From: Halocafeteria seosinensis
Taxonomy: Eukaryota
DNA length: 40,037 nt
Assembly: GCA_001687465.1 (NCBI GenBank)
Contig: LVLI01000115.1
Location: forward strand, 1-40,037
Direction of reading: 5' to 3'
Shown here: in pieces, positions 33,701 through 40,037 of the stretch
Position numbering within the stretch: position 1 is the stretch's first letter
How the letters are laid out: each line of letters begins with the position of its first letter
The notes under the pieces: generated by a model
Databases searched by the model: none
The model's input: the letters and a program-made list of their open reading frames with translations, nothing else
Told to the model about the DNA's origin: nothing
Made by a program: the position numbers and the translations under genes

Positions 33701-33973
33701 GGCGTTTACGACAAAGTTACAGTCGGTTTCGGTTGGCATTGTGCTCGTCTTAAAGACACTAAGTCGTTGCGTTGTTTCGGTGACTACGCGGCTCTTCGTC
33801 CTCTACCTAGTGGAACGGTGAAAGAGCTAGTCGGTGATGAGGAGTCCCTGTGTCTTATCTTGGGAAGTACAGAGCAAGTTCACTGCTATGGAGCCGTAGA
33901 GGAGCATTTCGAGGCACTCTTGAACACACCAGCATATCGAGATGGTGTTACCCCCGTCATCAGTATGGGATAG
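24712..33973 (+). CDS. Giant secreted cysteine-rich repeat protein (GCC2/GCC3 ephrin-receptor-like CxxCxxG repeats, cadherin-like domain, RCC1/BLIP-II-like repeats), ~2,911 aa
   Basis: Signal peptide MVNTKYTLLLVLGALFLLTLPDAEA. Manually spliced exons 24712-25214, 25288-25331, 25391-25475, 25537-25805, 25864-25905, 25982-25993, 26057-26161, 26223-26274 and 26350-33973 sum to 8736 nt in frame, all GT-AG. Dozens of CxxCPAGxY units. C-terminal HSCGLTSNGNVQCWG-type repeats; no TM segment. Confidence 0.88.
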
Positions 33974-34343
33974 CGAATTACGCATAAAACAATGAACTAC
34001 GTCCTACGTGTTGCAGCATACGGTACTTCTTGCTTTATAGAAGTCGAAACCGAACATACGCAAGCAATTTCCGAATATCCATGAATATCTCCACACTTGC
34101 AATCCCATCATCCATCCTTTCCTACTATCGACTTCTTCATTGGCCGCATGCAATTTCCATATGAGCTCAACTTACCCCACGGTCGTTTGAACGACTCCAC
34201 TACCGAGTTCGGATGTTGACAATACATTATAGACCCCACTTAAATAATGAACATTGCATAAAGCCTAGGGTGTCTACCGACACACACACAAATGTGACAG
34301 ATAGCCCACCGGCCGGGAGGACCGGTCTACCGAACCACCCATC

Positions 34344-35347
34344 CTGACCTGCGTACCGTACCCGGTACAGGCCAGGTACAGTTTGCAACGGCCACAAACT
34401 TGATGTATGTTACGGGGCCTTTTAGAACCTTACAGTGGGAAGGAGATGTTCCTTCCGCTGTATTATTTGTTCTTCAGTCTGCTGAGAAGGTTTTGAGGGC
34501 TCCAGTTGTTGATGACCCAGCGCCTAAGGTCTGTCACACCGTCTGTTCGGTGTGAGCAAACGGCGCTGGTGCTGCACTCATGTCACTACTGCGATTTCTA
34601 CCTGAGATCATTGGAGGACTTAAAATCAAAGTGTTTGGCCGGAATGGATTCTACCGAGCCGGTGTCCTCCGCATTGATAGTTTCTAAGACGTCCAAACAC
34701 TCATGAGTCATAACCTCCGCGCGTTCCAGGTGAGAAGAGGACGGTATATCCCGATTCCGAAACAACCAGGACATAGTTGTTGCGGCCGATGTCGCTGCGC
34801 TTCCATATGAGCATGTATATAGAGAGGTGCTGCATACGTGCCGTGACTTATGCTACCCTCATAGCAGTAATTCTGAGTTTCCTGATACGCTACTCGCCTA
34901 CCGTAGGCGACACTATACAGAAACACAATTCTTTGATCAGTTAAAAAGTCTTTCCACATAAAAAGGGTGCCACAGGAATGTATGCACGGTCACTTAATTG
35001 CGCATTGCAAGGAAAGGCGACGGCACGCACTCCAAAGGCAAAACGTACCAGTTCACTGAGGCTAGCAGGCAGATTCCAAGTCCTCCCAACGCGTAGACGT
35101 GGGTAATATAGCCTATGAGAATTGTAAAGACGAGGCACAGGAGCATGCCTACTGTCGCAATGTTGAATACGGACTGATCAAATGAAACTAAAAATGGTAT
35201 CACACGTTCTGCTGAGATTCAGTGAAATGTATGAGGTCATTGCAATCCAAAAATAGTGAACATGTAAATGAGTACCTGGCTGTACCTGGAACCTGTACCG
35301 TACCCGGCTGTACCCGTACCGAGGTACGGTCTAGGTACATGTACGGT
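34344..35347. mobile_element. Degenerate non-autonomous element bounded by inverted GTACC-rich arrays, carrying a decayed ORF
   Basis: Left cgtaccgtacccggtacaggccaggtacag (34352-34381) is an imperfect inverted copy of ctgtacctggaacctgtaccgtacccgg...gaggtacggt (35280-35347). No TSD found. Confidence 0.45.
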
Positions 35348-35931
35348 CAGAGGGCGGCAACTTGATTGCTTGGGTATTTCCGAAGCAAGCCGCCCTTTCG
35401 CCCAAGCAAGTAACGAAGGCTTGGGTAAGACGAAGGAAAGTTTGTGGGATTCTTGTACCTTTTTTGTAATTTTTCACAAGGCCGCGGACACGGGGGAGGC
35501 CAATACCTCAGGGAAGCTACGAGTAGCCTACACGATGTATTGGCTTCATTGGCTTGTGCATTGGGATGAACAGACGCTAAATGATTCAGAATGGTCACAG
35601 AAGAGTAGTTATGTATTTTGATGTATGTGCTACAGTCGTGTCGTTCTTTAGTCTGATCACGTGGAGAGCTGGCGTGTGGGGCTTATTTGCCAGCCGGACT
35701 TTTGAAGCTACATTTGATACGGTAGACTAGGAGAGTTCTCAATTGAATATACTCCTGAAATGTGGTAACAAAGCGGGTTCTATGAGGCTTAGTAGCCTTG
35801 TTTCTGGACCCAACGGACCACATTCGAATTTGTAATTTACGCGCGTTTTTTGACCCAAGGCTTGGACCGGGGTCCAAGCAAGCATCGCCCACCCCAAGTT
35901 CCAAGGCTTGGCCCAAGCTTGCTGCCCTCTG
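35348..35931. mobile_element. MITE-like element with 13-bp TIRs (hAT-like CAG terminus) and CCAAG/CTTGG subterminal arrays
   Basis: CAGAGGGCGGCAA at 35348-35360 pairs with TTGCTGCCCTCTG at 35919-35931 (12/13). CCAAG/CTTGG motifs cluster just inside both ends. No clear TSD. Confidence 0.6.
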
Positions 35932-36571
35932 GGCGAGACCCCATAAGGGACGTCTCGCAGGGGACACCAAGGGGGGCGTACAGCGTGCCGCTTGTGGGGG
36001 CAGACAAAGGGGAGGTGTGGACCCTCACCCAGGCGTTACAGGCATCCCGATACATGAGACAATTACCCTACGTTTGGGCTCAATGTGGGCATGTGGACGT
36101 GATGACCACCCCTCGTGGTGATGTTATACTTCGGGTGCCAAAGCGCAAATGCTAGATAGATTGCAAAGCAAAATGGAGGTGGTGCACTGCCCTTTCCTTC
36201 TGTCGAAACCCTTCGTCATTTACCGTCACAGCCATACAGAGATATGAACATCTCATAAAACCTTCAAGACACAACACTCAAGTAGTGCTACACATATTTT
36301 GCATGTATGACGCTTTCTGGGCCAATATGATCCGCAGGGACCTCAAGGAGAGAACTGTCCGGATTTTTGTCCTGGGCTGGGTCAAAATTGGCTAGGAGCT
36401 TGAAGCTACGGAGTTGGGCTAAACGGCCACTCCGGCTGTTCTGTCAACCCAAAGTTTTGGGACAGTGATGGTCGCACACACGCTGAATTTCAAATTTCAG
36501 AAAAAGCACCAGTATACACTCATGTGTATATTAGTTTGGATTGTAAAACGTCATGGTATATACTTGTTATC

Positions 36572-37829
36572 ATGAACTTCTATGCATGCAACTTCCCGGG
36601 TGCTCCTCAAGAGCAGAGGCCAGTTCCGACCCCAACTGCAGTTGGAACTAACGGCCCAGGTACTTTGCAAGCTTCAGGTAATGCAATCTTGCATCTCTAT
36701 ATTGTTTTTTGACATTTCAGTATCTCAAATGACCCCTTGTTAGCAGGATGGCACTCGCAGTTCGCTTTCATGAGCCCACCACAAGGCCAAGCAGCAGCCG
36801 AAGGTGAGGGGACAGCTGCTGGACAACGTGGATTTCAAATTGCCGTTCTTGAGAATCATAAAGGATGCTGTACTTGCTGCAGGTTGTGTTGCTAGAACGC
36901 CATACCTCCCCAGGCAACCATCGTTCGTCGATGTTGCGAGGAACTGGAAAATGAAGAAGTCGAAAATGCCGATAGAGTGTCTTCGCAGTCACCGTGGACC
37001 AAGGATGCGCACAAGAGATTCGTGCAACTGGTAGCAGTTGATTTTTCCCGCGATTTCGAAAGCGTCAATGGGAACACAAGCAAAACCAAGCTAAAGGTAT
37101 ACTCTGACATAGCCTCCAAGCTGAAGGAAGAGGGTCACGGTCGCTTGCTTGACGGGACAAGAATTACCGGGGAGGTGCTCATGAACCGCTGGGGAACCAT
37201 CATGAAAGACTTTAAGGTACGTGATCATAAGCAAATAAGCTGGTGCTCCATACTGCTTTGTCGACCCTGTTCCATAGCAGAAATATAGCGACGAACAAGG
37301 AAAGTCCGGAAACGGTTCAGTGAAGGTGCCGGCGTCAATTGCTTGCCTTGAGAACAAGATGATAACGACCCTCTTGCAAAGAGCTGATGTGCGTGGTTCC
37401 GAAGTCAATATGCAAACTGTTGCCGCACGTCCTCGAGGCACTAAGCGAGCCAAGCCTTCCGACGAATTGTCCCCCCTCCAAAAAAGCCTGCATCAGCACA
37501 AGACTCCCAAGAAGGACAAGAACGATGAGCTGACTGAAAGGATGCTGTCGGCGCTTGACTGGCTTGAACCAAACCAAAATCACTCGCACGATCCGGAACT
37601 GGAGTGTTTGAGACATAGGGCTATGGAAACCCTTAATGAGCTAGCTATCGATACCGAGGACGACACAGTAGCGAGGATCTTGTATAGATCCACAGATCGC
37701 CTCGCGAATGAGCCTAAGGGGGGCGCCTTGTTGACGCTCTTCAAGCGCTTGTACCATTCCGCTGACAATCACCTAGACATTGATAAGTTCATCTCCCGGG
37801 CTAAGCTTGTACTTGGAGAAGAGAAGTAG
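36572..37829 (+). CDS. Harbinger ORF1 Myb/SANT (trihelix)-like DNA-binding protein; 5' exon structure uncertain
   Basis: WTKDAHKRFVQLV...KVYSDIASKLKEEG...TGEVLMNRWGTIMKDFK is joined through a GT-AG intron (~37218-37280) to KYSDEQGKSGNG and the 37320-37829 ORF, which has a basic NLS-like RGTKRAK. Confidence 0.75.
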
Positions 37830-38026
37830 CGTCCTGAGGCACAAACATACAGTTGTTGAAGTCATAGGCATTTGTGTGTGTGTGAAGTCATAGAGCCCCA
37901 GGGTTTGTCCAAACTCGTCAGAATTCAAACACAATACATTAGATATTAACACGCTTTTCCTGAAGGTATGTATATTTTTGTACACGCATATGATGAGAAT
38001 GAGTAACATTGCATAAGTTTTTGAGA

Positions 38027-39231
38027 TTATTGCTCTTCAACCAATGACCTTGCCAGCTGGAGCCTTCTAGCTTCACCGCAGCCAGTGGCTTCACCGAGCC
38101 CAATTTCTGGAGGGGTAATATCATACGGGGCGAAGCCAACGTCTTCCCCATACAGGGATTCCAGGGAAAACTCGCGATTCCATATTGTAGCATTATGCAG
38201 GATACAACATGCGACTATTATCCTCGACGTAAGGTCGATCCCGGCGAACGCTGTACGGAGAATTTTCCATTGCTTCTTGAGACGACCAAAAGCACGCTCG
38301 ATACAAACGCGGCCCCTATCAAGTGCGGCATTAAATGCGGCTTTCTCTACCGTTAAGTTTTGGGCGGAATATTTGCGCATCATGTGTGGGGTGAGCTGAT
38401 AGGCCTGGTCCCCCAGCAGGAAACCATCCGCTGGGAACGGGAGAGGGAACTCTCCATCCAATGCTCTCCCGAGATTGCTATTGCGCAGGATACGAGCATC
38501 ATGAAACGAGCCGAAGCTTCCAACGTCAATGTCATAAAAAGTGAGATCTGGCCCCGCTACGGCCTGTAGAACTGTACTATAGTACAGTTTTCGATTTGTA
38601 GCCACTCGTCGTGTTTCCGGCGTTGCAAAGATGGGTATATGCGATCCGTCAATGCAACCTACGGCCCCAACTAGGCCACCAGCTTTCGCGGCAAATTCGG
38701 CCATGGTCCAGTTCATAGCAGGACCACTTGGGAAGTGGATAAATGCCTGCACTATCTCTGGTTGGACAATTGCATTGAGGGCTTGATTCACCGCGTTCAA
38801 AGCGGTCTGGTGAGATACGCCAAATTCGATGCCAAGTTGCCTCGTCGACTCCCCTGCGCACGTGATATGTAAGGGCCTATCAATACAGTCTGACGGGAAA
38901 TTTAAGTTAACATACCACGACGACACATTCTAACCAAAACGGCGAGTTTCAAATGGCTAGGAAGTCGTTGCCGTTCTGGAGCTGCTACAGCCCTGTCAAT
39001 GACCGGACAAACATACTCAGCTAGTCTTTCAAATTGAACACGACTCATGCCGAGCAGTTCATAGAAAAACGTATGCTCCAGATAATGAAAACTATAGTTT
39101 AAAAATCCTGCAAGTTCGCTTCTTGGTAGGAGGTGACGTGGAATCCGTTGTCGTTGCCTTCTACGGATGTGGATGTAAGCTACAATGGCGGCTAGCAGAA
39201 CGTGCCGCCTTTCAGCATCGGATGCAACCAT
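38027..39231 (-). CDS. Harbinger/HARBI1-like DDE transposase (DDE_Tnp_4), 380 aa, one intron
   Basis: Exons 39231-38916 and 38853-38027, separated by a 62-nt GTATGT...GCAG intron. Motifs GMSRVQF, FGVSHQTA (HTH), GCIDGSHIPI, GSFHDARIL, LLGDQAY, RVCIERAFGRLKKQWKIL and ACCILHN. Confidence 0.93.
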
Positions 39232-39702
39232 TTCGCAACGAGAAACAGCTTTCAAACAAGTCTAAATATGGTAATTTACTGTATTTTTTTGAAATTCCTC
39301 GTAAGAGGTCGCAGCACGATTCTGGCCTTTGAAGTAGAACTCTCCACCTGAGAGCCCTGCTGCATTCTCTGTACCCACAAATATTTCGCAAGGTATCAAG
39401 TCCGTATTTCGCGTCATATTCTACTTTGTAAACTGTGTAAAAGCTTGTATTTCAGTCCTCTAGCTCGTCGAGCGGAGTTTGGCCGGCACAAACGTAACAG
39501 CTTCCAGCCAAAGCTTCTTATCTAGGGGGGTGAGAAGGTTTTTAACGGTTTTTTCTGACTCACCCCGAAGCTGTTACGCCCCCAGAACCTCAATTTTGAC
39601 GCACCCCTGTTTGCTACAACAATTGGACGACGACGACATGTATATTATAGGCCTACGGGCAAAGAGAGCTACGAAAGGAAAAGAGAACAACTACAAAACC
39701 AG

Positions 39703-40035
39703 CTACAATGAGGAGTCACTATCCATGCTTTCCCGTTCGCTCTGCGTACTGTCATCCCTATGCGCCGCCTCCATTTCATCAGCAGGATCCTCGTATACCG
39801 CCGCTCCACAGTGGAACTCCCTTACGTCCCTTGCCGTCGCCTCGGCATCAAACTGTTCCGGAGTGCCATAAAAGCTTTGGGGGAACACCCCACTGTCCCC
39901 CTCCCCCTCTTCTACGTAGTCTGGCATGTGTGTATGTGGTCCGGCGATATGAAACGAACTTCCCGAGGACTCGGACTCGTTTTCGTTCTGGCAGCCGGAT
40001 GACGGAGAAAGGTTAGAAGGCGGCGGTTTGGACAG
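39703..40035 (-). CDS. 3' end of a gene entering from beyond the window (acidic, Ser/Pro-rich C-terminus)
   Basis: Frame is open from the right edge (LSKPPPSNLSPSSGCQNENESESS...MPDYVEEGEG...DSDSSL*). Confidence 0.55.
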   Translation of the reverse strand: MSKPPPSNLSPSSGCQNENESESSGSSFHIAGPHTHMPDYVEEGEGDSGVFPQSFYGTPEQFDAEATARDVREFHCGAAVYEDPADEMEAAHRDDSTQSERESMDSDSSL

Positions 40036-40037
40036 AT

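Larger units (their letters stand above)
36375..39606. mobile_element. PIF/Harbinger DNA transposon, full-length, two genes
   Basis: TIRs GGCTGGGTCAAAATTG (36375-36390) and CAATTTTGACGCACCC (39591-39606) match 14/16. Flanked by CTG on both sides (36372-36374, 39607-39609). Encodes a DDE transposase and a Myb/SANT-like protein in convergent orientation. Confidence 0.88.

Noticed and set aside
35683..36155. GC-rich overlapping ORFs
   Set aside because: They overlap the MITE end and palindromic arrays and show no protein motifs.
38027..39231. Domesticated HARBI1/ALP1-type host gene
   Set aside because: TIRs, a TSD and the linked Myb partner favour a genuine transposon.

Overview
Compact, gene-dense eukaryotic DNA with short (~55-80 nt) GT-AG introns. 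IFT74 and a SAXO-like repeat protein indicate a flagellated protist; a stramenopile is plausible but this is inference only. From left to right the window holds: the 3' part of a SAXO/Mn-motif-like repeat protein; an HSF DNA-binding protein with a C-terminal PDZ-like domain; a secreted GH31 glycosidase; a DUF455 ferritin-like protein; an SLC52-type riboflavin transporter; a membrane-anchored P-loop NTPase with a frameshifted partial duplicate; a hypothetical protein; an OCRL/INPP5B 5-phosphatase; mitochondrial bL34; and IFT74. Next is a ~2,900-aa secreted Cys-rich protein with a cationic N-terminus, RxL-bearing spacers and a cadherin-like plus RCC1-like C-terminus. A transposon cluster at 34.3-39.6 kb follows, with two non-autonomous inverted-repeat elements and an apparently complete two-gene PIF/Harbinger element (16-bp TIRs, CTG target-site duplication). 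The best candidates for new biology are the giant secreted protein (a possible processed polyprotein), the HSF-PDZ fusion and the Harbinger element. Family calls come from motif recognition by eye and exon models were spliced manually; no searches were run.
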